NCBI GenBank assembly: GCA_964016885.1
Contig: OZ024747.1
Span: 55,242,001-55,306,000 of the forward strand
DNA: 64,000 nucleotides
Reading direction: 5' to 3'
DNA from: Eledone cirrhosa
Taxonomy: Eukaryota
Numbering within the stretch: position 1 is the stretch's first letter; each line of letters begins with the position of its first letter. A program made the position numbers and the translations under genes. Shown here one piece after another: positions 27,975 through 43,904 of this stretch. The notes beneath the pieces are model-generated. The model was not told where the DNA came from and made no database searches. It worked only from the letters and a program-made list of their open reading frames with translations.

Positions 27975-29374
27975 CATACATACATGTGTGTGTGTGTATG
28001 TGTGTGTAGCATATAAAACTGAAATGGTCGATTGCGCTGATGATAGATGTATTTGGAAGGATGTGATTAGAGTTCACACACATACACTCCTACATACATG
28101 TAGACATACATACATACGTATAGCGTTGGAAACATACGCATACATTGATAATTATCTATGTATATGTGTATAAATATATACACAAATGTATTCATTTCAT
28201 GAGCCAAAACACGGGAATAGCTGTAAAACAGCCGGGTTAGACAAAATATGTTAGTGAACGGAAGAGTGGTAAAATAAGAAGAGAGATAGGAAACGAAAGT
28301 TGGGAAGGAGAGATTGAACGAAAAAATTATAAGAGATCGGAGACTAAGAGGGTGAGAGAGAGAGAGAGGGGTGGGAGAGATAAAAGAAAAGTGGTAATGA
28401 AAGTGATAGAGCGTATAATGTTGACATGGAGAATCAGGAATGGGATGGAAGGAGGAAGCAAAGTTGAATCAGGAATGGGATGGAAGTGGAGGAAGCAAAG
28501 TTGAATAACATAAAAGCTTGAACTATAGCGTTGAAAACTCTTCATCTTCCTTCTAGCCACACAGTTTTTGGGAGTAAGTAAGGATCATGTATATAACGTT
28601 AGCCCACGCAACAGAATCAAAGTTTCTGTTGATGTGACGACTATCTGTAGACAAGACAAAATTATAGGTTAACTAAATTAAAAAAACTAATTATAATCAT
28701 ATGTAAAATATAAGTGTAACGTGTGTATTAATTAGGTTTATAATATTTGAAGGTTCTTCTAATTCTATGATTGCAAGATATAATTAATTATTGTCGCTTA
28801 TTTAATAGGATATCCTTAGATTTCATTATTTCAAAAAGTTCCCGGGAGCATAATCTACACTCATATCTGTTAATTTGATAAGGGGTGGCTCTTTTGAGCA
28901 CACTCCAGGTCAGGTTGTAATCGATATTCTTTTTTCTATAATTATTAATTGTTTCAGCCAATTATACACCTTTAATTTAGTTAAACTATACTTAGTACTT
29001 TACTACAAAGAACTTCATAATTTTATTTCCCTGTTACAACTCTCTTTTCCTAAAAATAATACCTAAATTTATACATATAAATTAATATAATTTCCTGTTA
29101 TGAATCTAGATTCCTTGTAGTTTATATAAGATTGGTATTTCTCACTACTACCCTTATCCCAACATTTTTCTTCTTCCTTTTTAAACAACATTCTTTAATA
29201 ACATCTAATTCTTATTTATCACATCCATATGAATTAATATAAATTTATCCCTATAAGTATACCTATCAATTAATTAAATTTCTTGTTATAGATCTAAATT
29301 CCTTGTGGTTTAAATAAGATTGGTATTTCTCATTAATACCCTTATATATATATATATAAATATATATATATATA

Positions 29375-29509
29375 TTGGGATCTAGCTGTCGAAACGACCC
29401 GAACTCCACCGTCGGGGTTAAACTCTTTCCTATTACCCACTCTACCACCCTAAGTATTGAGTACTCTGGTGCGTTATGGTCTATCTGTTTCCTTGCCACA
29501 CTTCCTTCG

Positions 29510-29510
<1 letters not shown>
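29375..29510 (+). mobile_element. Family A copy 3 (single arm plus tail) in (TA)n
   Basis: tagctgtcgaaacg..ccgtcgggg..ttcctattacccactctaccaccctaagtattgagtactctggtgcgttatgg. Confidence 0.8.
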
Positions 29511-29560
<50 letters not shown>

Positions 29561-29562
<2 letters not shown>

Positions 29563-29751
29563 GGAAAAAGTATGACTCCGACGGCAGAGCTCGAGCCGTT
29601 TCGACGACTATTTCGTCCAGAAATATTCGTCTAAACGGCTTGAGCTCTGCCGTCGGGGTCATACTTTTTCCTGTTACTCACTCTACTACCCTAAGTATTG
29701 AGTACTTTGGTGCGTTATGGTCCATCTGGTTCCTTACCACAACTCCTCCGT
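29561..29751 (+). mobile_element. Family A copy 4 (hairpin plus tail) in (TA)n
   Basis: taggaaaaagtatgactccgacggcagagctc..gagctctgccgtcggggtcatactttttcct plus tail. Confidence 0.85.
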
Positions 29752-29782
<31 letters not shown>

Positions 29783-29783
29783 T

Positions 29784-30337
29784 TATATTTGGGGAGGTTC
29801 ATATTGTTATAATATTGCCAGAAATAATAATTGTTTCTACTTTTAGCACAAGGCCAGCAATAACCCAGTGTATTACTGGTACTTTATTTTATCGACCCCG
29901 TAAGGATGAAAGGCAAAGTTAACCTCGGCAGGATTTGAAGTCAGAATGGCAAGGGCCGTAACTCTATGCGTCAAAGCATGGCGTCCGACTCTCTACCGAT
30001 ACTGCCAATCCGCCGCCAGAAATAATAATAAAACACACTCACTGATTGGTTTGGATCGGTTTTCGCTTCTGTATATTTTATATCCCTATAGTTAATTTAG
30101 CTGGTAATCAATATTTATCATCGGTTGACCAACAGTTAAATATATATATTTATATATAGTCTATTATATAAATATATATATATATATATAGCCAATCGAT
30201 GATGAACATTAATTACCAGCTAAATTAACTATAAGGATATAAAATATACAGAAGCGAAAACCAATGCAAACAAATCAGTGAGTGTATTTTATTATTATTT
30301 CTGGCTATATTATAACAATATGACTCTCCCCAAATAT
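29784..30337. repeat. ~150-bp-arm inverted repeat around a TA tract; left arm split by the SINE
   Basis: tatatttggggag..atattgttataat..gccagaaataataataaaacacactcactgatt..agctggtaat versus reverse complement at 30190-30337. Confidence 0.85.
29831..30014 (-). mobile_element. SINE with 15-bp TSD, inserted into one arm of a large inverted repeat
   Basis: TSD gccagaaataataat at 29817-29831 and 30015-30029. Confidence 0.9.
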
Positions 30338-30389
30338 AACAATATTTGTTTCAACACACGATTTCATATCAAAAACCTTACAAACGAAA

Positions 30390-30421
<32 letters not shown>

Positions 30422-30524
30422 CATATATATATGTTAGGTAATTCCGAAGAAAAAGCAAAGGAAAAAAGAGTGCTCTATGTATAGAACAAAGCTCTTTAAT
30501 TATTGTTGTTCACTTTATAATTAA

Positions 30525-30614
<90 letters not shown>

Positions 30615-30924
30615 ATATATATATATTACCTTTTGGTCTTGGAGTACTGACCTTTCCCTGTGGAAAGGGAAGAAAAGATCCTTATAACAGTGTTTTGGCT
30701 CGAATGTGTGCACTAGTGTGGGCCAGATGTATGTAAAATATATAGCGTGAAGGATTTAATCTGCGATTAGATAAAATGTCCCCACCACCCAAAATAAAAC
30801 CATATTAATTTATAATTAAGCCAAAAAAATTATATCAATTAGCATGAAATGATACGCTCGTATTGTAATGAATTTGCCTAGTAAAGGCTTACACCTGTCA
30901 CGTCATTAGATAAATGCTGAATAG

Positions 30925-31066
30925 CGCCGGACAGTTACGTCCCTTTACGATCTGAGTTCAAATCCCGCCGAGGTTGACTTTGCCTTTCATCCTTACGGGG
31001 TCGATAAAATAAAGTACCAGTAATGCACTGGGTAATTGCTGGCATTGTGCCTAAAGTAGAAACAAT
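30925..31066 (+). mobile_element. SINE, 5'-eroded
   Basis: ctgagttcaaatcccgccgaggttgactttgcctttcatccttacggggtcgataaaataaagtaccag. Confidence 0.88.
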
Positions 31067-31086
31067 TAATTATACTAGTGGTATTA

Positions 31087-31292
31087 GGGCGGTGGATTGG
31101 CAGTGTCGGGCGCCATACGAGTTACGGCACATGCCATTCTGAGTTCAAATCCCGCATAGAGTTACGGCACATGCCATTCTGAGTTCAAATCCCGCCGAGG
31201 TTAATTTGCCTTTCATCCTTACGGGGTAGATAAAATAAAGTACCAGTAATGCACTGGGTAATTGCTGGCCTTATGCCAAAAGTAGAAACAAA
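31087..31292 (+). mobile_element. SINE with internal ~40-bp duplication of the B-box segment
   Basis: gagttacggcacatgccattctgagttcaaatcccgc occurs twice in tandem. Confidence 0.88.
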
Positions 31293-33307
31293 TCATTACA
31301 CAAGTGACAGACATTTCATTATATATATATATGGGAACTAAGTGAATACTTGGCACACACTTACTGAAGCGAAGATAACCACTCGAATCTATCTACAAAA
31401 TGTTATTCACAAGCTGTTGTAATCGCCCTGAATATATGATATACGATATTTGGTAACGATGTTATGCAAAAGGAACGAAATCACGCGCAAAAAAAAACAT
31501 TGTTTTGAAATTAAATTACATTAACCTATTGAAATATCTGCTCCCATATATAGAAGCCTTGAAAAAAAACCAAATTTGTTCATATATAAAGATTTTCTGA
31601 GACGCACTTGGGCTTGTTGGCAATTAATTATAATATACTACATATTACCTGGGTCTGAGTGGGAATCCTAGTCTTTGGTATTTCGTTTATAATAAATTTC
31701 AGTACGTATGTGATATCGGCATCCTATGGGGCATTTCATACCTGGCCGGACCTAACCCTGTCCGGGTCTGAACACAGTCGATTCCTTCCAAAGGATAAAG
31801 GACAAGAGGAAGAGATATAGCGATATAGAGTATGACGTAACCCAATACTGGATTTGTAATTTTTTTTTATCGATCTCGAAAAGGTGAAAGTCAGAGTCGA
31901 CCGCGATAGCATTTGAAATCTTATCTTCGTAACCCGGAACGTAAAGAATTCTATCAAACGATCTCACGACTCTGCCAATTAACCGCCAAATACAAGAAGG
32001 ATAACGACATAAAAGATTCTATGATATTTGGAAACCCCGATGAATTAATTCCTAAGCTAGAAAATGGGATTGAAACAGGGTTATAGATAACAATTCCAAA
32101 TTTATATATACATATATAAGATCTTGTAAATGAGGAGGTTAGGCATCAAAAGGTCCCCCCACACATATAGTCATATATCTATCTATATATCTGTCTATCT
32201 ATATATGTATATATATAATAAGAGGTTAACGGGACTAGCATAATGTTTCCCTGCTAATACCGATCGCATATCAGCGTACTCAATAGGTAAGGTTATATAT
32301 AAATCCCAGAGAAAACCCAAAGTTATTTGACTCGATACAACACACATAAATGGGTACAAAATATTTATATCCGTACTCGAGTTTCTTCCACACTTAATGC
32401 AGTAAGAGAGCGTATAGCCTCCATTACCTGCATTTATTAAGCAATAATGCACAATCGGCGCATGTTGCTTCATCAGCGGGTCTCGCCAAACATCCCACAG
32501 CAAACGTTGAGCGGGAACTGTCTTTACGTTTGTGTTTCTTTTACGTTTTCTAAATAATATCTATTATTAACCACACAGCGCCTTTGACTTTTAATTCATA
32601 TTCATTTATTACTGTGGCTTCCGTACTATCCTCCCTATCTCGCTTCTTGTTGTTAATTCAGGTTTTGAACTCAAGTTCTGCCATTTGGATTAACTTTTTT
32701 CCTTCTTTCTTTCTCTTTCTTTATCTTTCTGCCTCTCTCCCACTCACTTATTCCTCCTCCTCTCGCTCTCCAACTCACTTATTCTCTTTTTCTCTTACCA
32801 TCTATATCCTTTCTACCACTCTCAATACCCCCTTACCATTTCCCTTTCCCCTCTCTTACTTCTGTTTTCCTTCGTCTCTTCATATTTGCGCCTGTTATCA
32901 CTATGATCAGACCTTTCTCTCTTCGTTCTCATTCGTGCTGTTAATACGGATTCAGGACTTACGTTCTCCCCACTTACGCTCTCTCCCACTGGTTACTGCA
33001 GCTTCCATGTACTACTGTCTCGTGTTTCCTCCTGTCTATCGGTATGTTTTACTTTTGTTTATTTTATTTTATTTTTCTCGTTCTCTTCGCTATCATCTTT
33101 GTTTTTTTTGTTTTGCGTTTTTTTTTGTCTTTGCGGATAATTATTTCACTTAGTTATCAATGCAATGTGGTGAGATCTGCTGTCTTTAATGCGTCGAAAC
33201 ATCAGGGACCCACAACAGACAGCTGATGCGCGGAACACACACACACACACACACACACAGACACACACACGCACACACACACACACGCACGCACACACAC
33301 ACACACA

Positions 33308-33350
<43 letters not shown>

Positions 33351-33520
33351 AGAAAGAGAATGAGCACGTTTATCGTACCAAGCGGTAAGATATAGCGACC
33401 ATCAAACATTTTCAGCCAACGTCAAAATATCTAAATTCTCGTTATATGATCCATCTGTCATGATCTAGAATATACTATCAACAACAACAATACCAATATC
33501 GACAAACAACAACGATATAT

Positions 33521-33568
<48 letters not shown>

Positions 33569-33900
33569 GCATACAAAATTAAATATTAGTCGCAAGAGTA
33601 TTATCATTGAAAACAATATCTACAAGATAAAAGTCTTTTAAGCCAACAAAAACTTTGACAAAAATAACATTAAAAAAAATAAGGAGAGCGACGACAAGAA
33701 TAACAACGTCTACTGTAGTGGACGTTGTTGTTTAACTACAACAATTAGAAGAAGAATATCAATTATAATAGATGTATATAAACAATACGGCAACATAAGA
33801 GTCCCCAGCTAGAATACAAATGAAACGGAACAGAATGAACAATACACCGCCAATAATATCGATAAATATAAGCAACAGTTACAGTATGTATATATATATA

Positions 33901-34126
33901 ACGAAGGAAATGTGGTAAGGAACCAGATGTACCATAACGCACCAAAGTACTCAATACTTAGGGTAGTAGAGTGGGTAATAGGAACGAGTAGGACCCCGAC
34001 GGCTGAGCTCAAGCCGATTCGACGGCTAATTCTGGACTAAAAAAAAATTTTATTTTTCTTTTTTTTAGTCCAGAATTTGCCGTCGAAACGGCTTGAGCTC
34101 AGCCGTCGGAGTCCTACTCATTCCTA
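33901..34126 (-). mobile_element. Family A copy 5 (hairpin with extended A/T-rich stem, plus tail)
   Basis: acgaaggaaatgtggtaaggaaccag...ctggactaaaaaaa/ttttttagtccag...gtcctactcattccta. Confidence 0.85.
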
Positions 34127-34911
34127 TATATATATATATACGTATGTGTGTGTGTGTAAGCCAGTGTGTGTGCATGTGTGTTTTTGTGTGTGTGCGTGTG
34201 TGTATGTAGTATGCATAAATATATACGTACAATACATACAATACATACATGCATACATACACACATGCATACATACACACATACACATGCATACATACAT
34301 ACAACACACATACATACATACATACACACTCACATACATACATACATGCATACATACATGCATACATACATACACACATACGCACATACATACTTACATA
34401 CACACATGCGTACATACATACATACACACACACATACATACATACACATGCATACATACATACATACATACACATGCATACATACATACATACATACATA
34501 CATACATACATACATACATACATACAGACATACATACATACATGCATATGGACGTACATACATACATAGTAGAAAGAGATATTTGATTGACATTAGAGTT
34601 CAAAGATAAAAAAAACTGATACGTAAGAGAGAGGTATTGTGTGTTGTATAAAATCTGGTAAGATTGTGTCTAGACCGAATATCAAATCTTTATCTTATCT
34701 TTAAAACTAACAGGCACGATCCGTGAACTTTCCATAAAAGGTCTTACAAGAGATTTGGGAAATCAAGATATTTGGCCAAATTGTAAATGTAGATATATAC
34801 ACAGACGTATGTATTGCTACAAATGTATGTATACATAGAATTTTTATTGCATAGAATTAGATGTAAGCATAGAATATAGAGAGGAAAACAAACATACATA
34901 CATACACACAT

Positions 34912-35008
<97 letters not shown>

Positions 35009-35113
35009 AACACACACATATATATATATATATAATGTAAATATGCATATAGATAAATATAGATAAATATATAAATGCCATACGTAGCAACATCTATACA
35101 TATACACATAAAT

Positions 35114-35147
<34 letters not shown>

Positions 35148-35206
35148 ATATGTATATGTATATATACAAACATACATACATACATACACACTCACGCACA
35201 CACACG

Positions 35207-35266
<60 letters not shown>

Positions 35267-36721
35267 CATCACACACACATCCACATACCATCAGTGTCAG
35301 AGCTTATGAGACATTATTCTTGAATAATCTATTTTTAATCTGTATAACTACTTAAGTACTTACAACCACGGACACACACCCCATATACATACACACGTAC
35401 ATACATACATACATTATTTCACACATGCCCTTACACACATATATATATGCACATTCATATATATGCTTATATGTATATGCTTATATATACATATATATAC
35501 ATAAATCAAAATGTAATGGGATTTATATGATCAACAATAGTAGGGCGATGTCCTAGCATTCTAATGACTGAAACCATTCAAATAATAACATATGAAAGAA
35601 ATATAATTTGGAATATATTAATGAAAATCAACCCCGTTATTAAATGATTTATTTACAGCTACAAAGACGTAGACATAATATATACCTGTTTCATTGTTTA
35701 GTCAACTTGCATCTATGATTTAATACAATCACCAGTGTATAAATATGCTTCAAGTAACTCGTCTTCAAGCTACCCTTATTCAGTTTGATATTGGGTTAGA
35801 GACTTAGATACCTACATCGTGTAGCACAAAATGGTGGTTTACCAATTCAGATTTGCATCAATTGTCGAGGGATCATTCGATCATCTTTGTTTCAATTGTG
35901 GTGATCATTCCAGCTTCATAGATTAACTGGCGTTTTCGAATAACTCCTCTCGGAATTGGGCTCAGAATGATTCGGTGTATTAAATGGATGTATCATCTAT
36001 TACCTGTGATGATATTTCTCATATCAATCAGGAAACTGGAGATAATGTTTATCTTTTGTCTATTCAAATGTTTATAAAGTGTTGGTGTATAAATATCTTC
36101 GTGGAACATTTAGATTGTGCTTGATATTAATCGGTATTAGTTGAAGGCTAACAAGACGGTTGGAATAGTTTCTATTGTGGTCATGTTTCTTTGTGAAAAT
36201 TAGGTTCCTTGATTGGAGGCACGTCATACGTTGTATGAAAAATATCATGAATAAAATCTTTCACACACTTTCTTGTAGTGTCTTGCTTCTCCATCAAACG
36301 CATGTTAATATGAAAAGATGCGAAAGAATCTTATACGAATAGTCTTGAAAAGTTTTGTTTACAAAAGAATATATGTATATGTTTATATCTTTATGGATAT
36401 TAAAGGAACTATGTATATACGTATTCATGCTTCAACACAATCACAAACATTCACAATGAACATATGCATAATTCTGTTTAGAATATTGTTGTGTTACTAG
36501 CCTTCAATATTTTTGTCAATATATGTATGTCTGTGACAAAATGCGTACGTGAGAATTTGAATACATTCCATACGAGATCAAATTCCAATGAAATCAAAAT
36601 TCTAAAATGAAAGACAAAATACAGTTGAAAAACATTCGTTGCAGTGTTAACAAACACAAACACAGATGCATTAGATATACGCACATTTTTGGCTGTTTAT
36701 ATATATATATATATATACGCA

Positions 36722-36753
<32 letters not shown>

Positions 36754-36980
36754 TTTATATATATATATATGTATATATATATAGAGAGAAATATATATAT
36801 ATGCATACATATATATGTATATATATATATATATTAGAAACCAATACAGCAGACGATTTTGGAAAGACTATCTGTCAGTCTGGGATTATTGGCAAGTCGT
36901 AAAGATAACAATCCAGTATATTTATTTAATATACATTTCTAAAAATTTTACTTTAATATATATATATATATACGCACACA

Positions 36981-37025
<45 letters not shown>

Positions 37026-37054
37026 GCACGTGTGTATGAATATACCTGTATGTA

Positions 37055-37235
<181 letters not shown>

Positions 37236-37245
37236 CCACATATAC

Positions 37246-37294
<49 letters not shown>

Positions 37295-37529
37295 CACATA
37301 CAGACATATTTGTTTATCTCTAAATATATTGTGATACATATGACTATATTTTTATTATCCACACTGTAAATGTAAAAAGAATTGTTATATTTTTTTTTAT
37401 GACAATAAATTTTGATTTTATTATTGTTGGGAGAATTATATTTATTTCGATTTTTGTACTTATATAATTTACTTCTTAGTGTTTCCCTTACCTTCCTCAC
37501 AACCTTCAGTATAATCGCTATTTGGCATT

Positions 37530-38231
37530 GGTTTCATCAACATCAACATTGTCATTAGAATTATCAACACCTTCATAAACATAAACTTAGGTAACAACAT
37601 TATCATCATCACCACAGTCATACACGTCATCATCATCACCATCATCATCTTAAACATCCTCATCATCAACATCATCAACCCCATCATCATTATCGTCTTA
37701 AACTTTATCGTCATCAATTTAACCATCATCATCATCATATTAGACGACATCACCTTCATAATCATCAACATTATCATCATCATCATCACAGTCAACATAC
37801 TCGTCATCGATCATCACCACCATCATCAGCATCTTAACCATCATCGTGTTAGACATACTCATATTCATCATCACCATCATCATTATCGTCTTAAGCTTTC
37901 TCGTCATCATGTTAACCATCATCATCATCATTATATATATATATCATCATCATCATCATAATAATCATCAGCATCATCATATTCAACATCATCATCATCT
38001 TAGGCACATTCATTTTCATCGTTATCGTCATTATAACAATCATCACCATCATTATCATCATCAACATCGTCATTGTCTTCATCGTCATCATAATCATCAT
38101 CATCATCATCGTAATCCCATCATCACATTCATCATCATCATCGCCATCGCCCCCCCCTCCTCCTCCTCCTCATCATCATCATCATCGTCGTCGTCATCAT
38201 AATCGTCATCATTATTATCATCATCATATTT

Positions 38232-38265
<34 letters not shown>

Positions 38266-38450
38266 CCATCACCACCACCACCACCATCATCATCATCGCC
38301 ATCATAATCATCATCATCATTATCATCATCTTCATCATAATCATCACCATCATCATCATATTTATCATCATCAACAGCATCATCGTCATCATCATCATCA
38401 TCATCATCATCGTCATCATCATCATCATCATCATCATCAGTATCATCATC
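37530..38450. repeat. Degenerate (ATC)n low-complexity region
   Basis: Directly visible. Confidence 0.9.
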
Positions 38451-38862
38451 CACTCAAGTATCATTTCATTTCATCGTAAATCATTGATTTCTTAGTTTCA
38501 GTTATATTTGCCATATTTTTGTTATATTTTCTGTTTAAATACAATATTTTCTTTAGATTTCTTCAACTAGACAAAAATAATATAAAAATTAAATTATTGA
38601 TATGGGGATTTATCAGAGCGCACATAAAATCAAACACAAATTCCATACATACATATAAACATACATGCATACATACATACATAAATATATACATACATAC
38701 AGACATAGATACATAAAAACATACATACAGACATACCTACATGAATACAGACATAGATACATAAAAACATACATACAGACATACCTACATGAATACATAC
38801 ATATATGTATACACATACATGTACACATACATCTATATATACATAAATATATACATACACAA

Positions 38863-38910
38863 ACATAATAAATAAATAAATATATATATACATAAATACA
38901 CACACATATA

Positions 38911-39006
<96 letters not shown>

Positions 39007-39059
39007 CACATATATATATGTGTGTGTATTTATGTATATATATATTTATTTATTTATTA

Positions 39060-39062
<3 letters not shown>
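38863..39062. repeat. ~55-bp inverted repeat flanking a (TA)n tract
   Basis: acataataaataaataaatatatatatacataaatacacacacat versus atgtgtgtgtatttatgtatatatatatttatttatttattatgt. Confidence 0.85.
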
Positions 39063-39138
<76 letters not shown>

Positions 39139-39335
39139 TTGTATATATATATATATGTATATATATATGCTTGTGTCTCTACAATAAAATCAACATTTTA
39201 TTGATGATGACATGATAAAACTCCCATATTGACAGTTATAAATTTTACTTTCTATACTTAGAAACCTTCAAATAACGAACAAACATACACATATACACAA
39301 ACACACACTGAAAAAGAAACGATATACATACATCC

Positions 39336-39377
<42 letters not shown>

Positions 39378-39416
39378 ATCTTTTCTTATATATATATATG
39401 TATATATGTATATATG

Positions 39417-39455
<39 letters not shown>

Positions 39456-39847
39456 AAGCCCATACATACATAATATCTTATATACATATATACATACACA
39501 GTGATAAAGATAAAGACAACTCAAATTGAATTATGAACAGACAATCAATGTATTAGAATGTGATACACAGCGAAATGTTTCGCAATATTTTTGCTTTATA
39601 CTTTATCTTACTATTGAAATTATCGAGTTGAATTTATTAGACTTAAATAAATCTTTCGGAAACATATGACATTTCTCTCTACGAATATACGTAACATGAA
39701 ATATCTGAGTTAATCCACTGTCTTTGATATGATTTTAAATGACATGTGTTTACAGAATGAAGAGATATATCAGTAATTTTAAGAGAAAGTTTTGATATAA
39801 AGTTGCAACGCATATCACTTTCTATCTTCTGCCCCCTCCCTCCCCCC

Positions 39848-39891
<44 letters not shown>

Positions 39892-40035
39892 AGATCTTTT
39901 AACCATCTTTTGATTTTATATATTATGTATACTCCAGTCCTACAAACTGTAGAGTGCTTCTTATCCGATATCTGCATTGCTTTATTGTACTACAATAAAA
40001 CTCATCTCCTACATATATATATATATATGTATATA

Positions 40036-40101
<66 letters not shown>

Positions 40102-40102
<1 letters not shown>

Positions 40103-40295
40103 CGAAGGGGATGTGGTAAGGAACCAGGTGGACCATAACGCACCAAAGTACTCAATACTTAGGGTAGTAGAATGGGTAATAGGAACGAGTAGGACCCCGT
40201 CGGCTGAGCTCCAGCCGTTTCGACGGCTAATTCTGGACTAAAACAGAATTAGCCGTCGAAACGGCTTGAGCTCAGCCGTCGGAGTCCTACTCGTT

Positions 40296-40299
<4 letters not shown>
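40102..40299 (-). mobile_element. Family A copy 6 (hairpin plus tail) in (TA)n
   Basis: taggaacgagtaggaccccgtcggctgagctc..ctg gactaaaa cag..gagctcagccgtcggagtcctactcgttccta. Confidence 0.85.
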
Positions 40300-40374
<75 letters not shown>

Positions 40375-40377
40375 TTA

Positions 40378-40497
<120 letters not shown>

Positions 40498-40867
40498 GGA
40501 GATGAGTTTTATTGTACAAGTTGATAAAATGAGATTGAAATATCTATGATAATAAGACCAACATATGCATATATGCATATATATATGTTTGTGTTTGTGT
40601 TATTATGTGTGCATGCAGATATGAGTACATTTAAAATTATAGACATATGAACATATATATATATAGATCTAGAGACTGTTTCTCCCAATGTTGGTGGGCA
40701 CACGAACGAAAAATATAAATATTAGTATGATGGGAGTCGTAAAATAGGAGATTGATGCGCCTGTGTGTAATAGAATATATTTATATATATATATATAAAC
40801 AAATAGTAAAAAGGAAAAAGATTCTTTCAGTAGAAAATGTTGAAGAGATTTTTTTTCCTGGAGATAT

Positions 40868-41172
40868 GAAACACAATTTCACATGTGCATCAGAAGACCT
40901 TATCTATGTATTGACCTGCTCAGGTTGTCCAGAGCACTACATAGGACAGACCAAAAAGAGCCCCCACAACGTATGACCGTCCATAGATCCCTAATCAAAA
41001 TACGGGAATACAGAAAGATAGCACTCAGTGAACATATCTCGACCTGCGCATCTAATTAACAACCCTATTTTAGAATTTTTTCTCATCTACAAATCTAAAG
41101 ACAACGCTTCCTTCATCCTGAGCATTAGCACGGAATCACAATTTATCGCCAAATGCGAACCCCTTCTAAATG
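40868..41172 (+). mobile_element. Penelope-like (Neptune-type) GIY-YIG endonuclease remnant, frameshifted
   Basis: KHNFTCASEDLIYVLTCSGCPEHYIGQTK / QRMTVHRSLIKIREYRKIALSEHISTCA ... FIAKCEPLLN. Confidence 0.8.
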
Positions 41173-42007
41173 CTTCCATTTCGGACTAAACTAAAGCTGG
41201 CACACTTTAAAGTTAACATCCTAGACAAATTAACCCTTTAGCAATGTATCCTCCTTCAAGATTCCACCAACCCCTAACAACTATATAATGCAGAACAAGC
41301 AAGCACATAGAATACCCAAATCAGCTCGCCCTGGAGGACTTCCACGAAGATAATCGAATAAATGGAAGCATTCCGGTGTCAAACCAAATGCTTTGCACCC
41401 CCCTGAATCTGGATGTTTCTGCTAAAGATAGAATGGGCATTCCAATGGCTCTGAACTCCCTTTCGTGACAAAATTTCAATATTCTTAGTAAGTACTTTCA
41501 GATAGTATACATGGAAGCTTTGTGTTAGGTTAGTGTTTCTTGCCTCCTATGGTCAAATTAAGAAATATTTATTGCACCTCAGCGAAAAGGCTGTGAGATT
41601 TACTGACAATATATATAGCATCTCAGAGAGATTGCTTCCTTTTGTAGCATTGTAAAAGTGAAAATGTAGTCCTTCCCTAAATTTAAATTTATGATAGACC
41701 AAGAAGAACATAAGCATTATGGTATCTGAGATTTAGCATGTCGAATGGTCTCTATCATCCAAGAGTGTGATTCAGCATTGAATGTGTTATTGTATCCAAC
41801 TAGGCTCTAACCAAGTTCTTCTTCTGCCACCGTAGCTATGACATCCAAATTTTGCCAAATAAGAGTTGCTCAGCACATACTTCTTTCTTCTCAGCTGTTT
41901 CCCTATTTGTGGTGATATTGTTATTGTCACGCACGTAGGTGCGTAGTATTTATGGTAGTGTTTATGAATGTATGTATTATGCACATGTGTAGACATACAT
42001 ATACATC

Positions 42008-42069
<62 letters not shown>

Positions 42070-42108
42070 AATATATATACACATATATATATGCATCACA
42101 TATATATA

Positions 42109-42187
<79 letters not shown>

Positions 42188-42764
42188 CAATAGACAATGA
42201 AATAAACCACAATAATATATTCAAGGAATGCTCTTTGTAGATAAACGATCGTATATTTCTATAGAAAGTCTTGGATTCGTCTGCCTGTTTTATTATAAAT
42301 GTTCATTTCTTTTAAACAACAATATAACAACAACAACAACAACAACATCATCAACAACAACAACAACAATAATAATAATAATAATAATAATATTCACCAA
42401 AGCTCTACAAGAAAGTGTCTTTACAGCTGCCAACAAAATGACCGACTTCAAGTAAACTGACGTTGCTTAGTGATTATTATTATGATAGCGAGACCAGTTT
42501 TCTCTTAATTAATTCCTTACATTGCATCCTAAACAAAAATAAATAATTAACTACGTAAATAATATAAGCTGATATAAGAAGAAAAATACATCTGAAATGG
42601 AAACAGTAAGTTTTAACATGAAACAAAATGAAACCACCATCGTCATCAACATAGTTATCATAATGATATTATTTGTAGACATCATCGTTAACAATCATCA
42701 TCGACATCGTCACCAAAGTTACCGTCGTCATCGGTGTCATCATCCCCAACATCATCATTGTTAG

Positions 42765-42945
42765 TAGTATCGGTAGAGGGTCGGATGCCATGCTTTGACG
42801 CATAGAGTTACGGCCGTTGCCATTCTGGGTTCAAATCCCGCCGAGGTTAAACTTTGCCGCTCATCCTTACGGGGTCGATTCAATAAAGTACCAGTAATGT
42901 ACTGGGTATTTGCTGGCCTTGTGCCAAAAGTAGAAACAATTATTA
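42765..42945 (+). mobile_element. SINE
   Basis: gtatcggtagagggtcggatgccatgc..gggttcaaatcccgccgagg..agtagaaacaattatt. Confidence 0.9.
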
Positions 42946-43860
42946 TTGCCACAACCATCCTCATCATCTTCATTTATTTATATATATATGATTGGGCACC
43001 AGCTTTCTTCTTATTTTACCGCCTGTGTATGAGTATTTATGTTTGGCAAGCTTATGTGTATTTGTGTTCTGCATCCGTGTGTATGTGTAGAATGCTTGTT
43101 TCTCTATTTTTTGTGTCACTCTATGGTATTTCTCTTTCATGTGTATTATATTCCGTCCTCAGTCTGTAGGTTATGCAGTGGAGGTGTTACTAACCCATTA
43201 GTGGTTTCTGTTGAGGCTCGTTCTACTTTTTATTACATGTGTGACTTCCTTAATTTGTCTGAGAGTTGACTCAGGTCTATGTGTGTATAGGATCTTTATT
43301 TCTATGTCATTTATTGAACCCCTTGTTCTAGTTTGTCATGTTGGTACAGCACTGACGAGATTTTCTACTCGTTGATTTCTCGCCAATGTTCCTTTATGCT
43401 ATGATCCGCGATATCTCTATTATATATTTCGCCCTCTATCTGGACCGTCTACCTGTACACCTTATCCTATAAACAATATTATTTACACATTACCTACGGG
43501 TTTACATAACATTCTATACAGTTTCTGTTCGTACAGGTTTTCTTACAAAACAAATACATATTTGTGTGTGTGCGTGTGTGTGTGTGTTTGTGTGTGTCTG
43601 TGTGTGTGTGTGTGTGCGCGCGTATGTGTGTGTCTGTGTGTTTGTGTGGGTGTGTGTGTGTGCGTGCGTGCGTGTGGGTGTGTACAGGAACAAACAGACA
43701 CAGAGGCACATACAAACACACACTAACATAGTCGCCCACACACATGACTATGCAAGAGCAAGAAGGAGGGACTCATTCTACTGACATGGCTTTAAAAGCG
43801 AGGCTTGTTTGCATAATTGCAAACGAATCGAATAATATTATTGATATTCGAAAAACTCAG

Positions 43861-43904
<44 letters not shown>

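Noticed and set aside
35700-36300. Possible old transposon coding remnant
   Set aside because: No motif recoverable with confidence by eye
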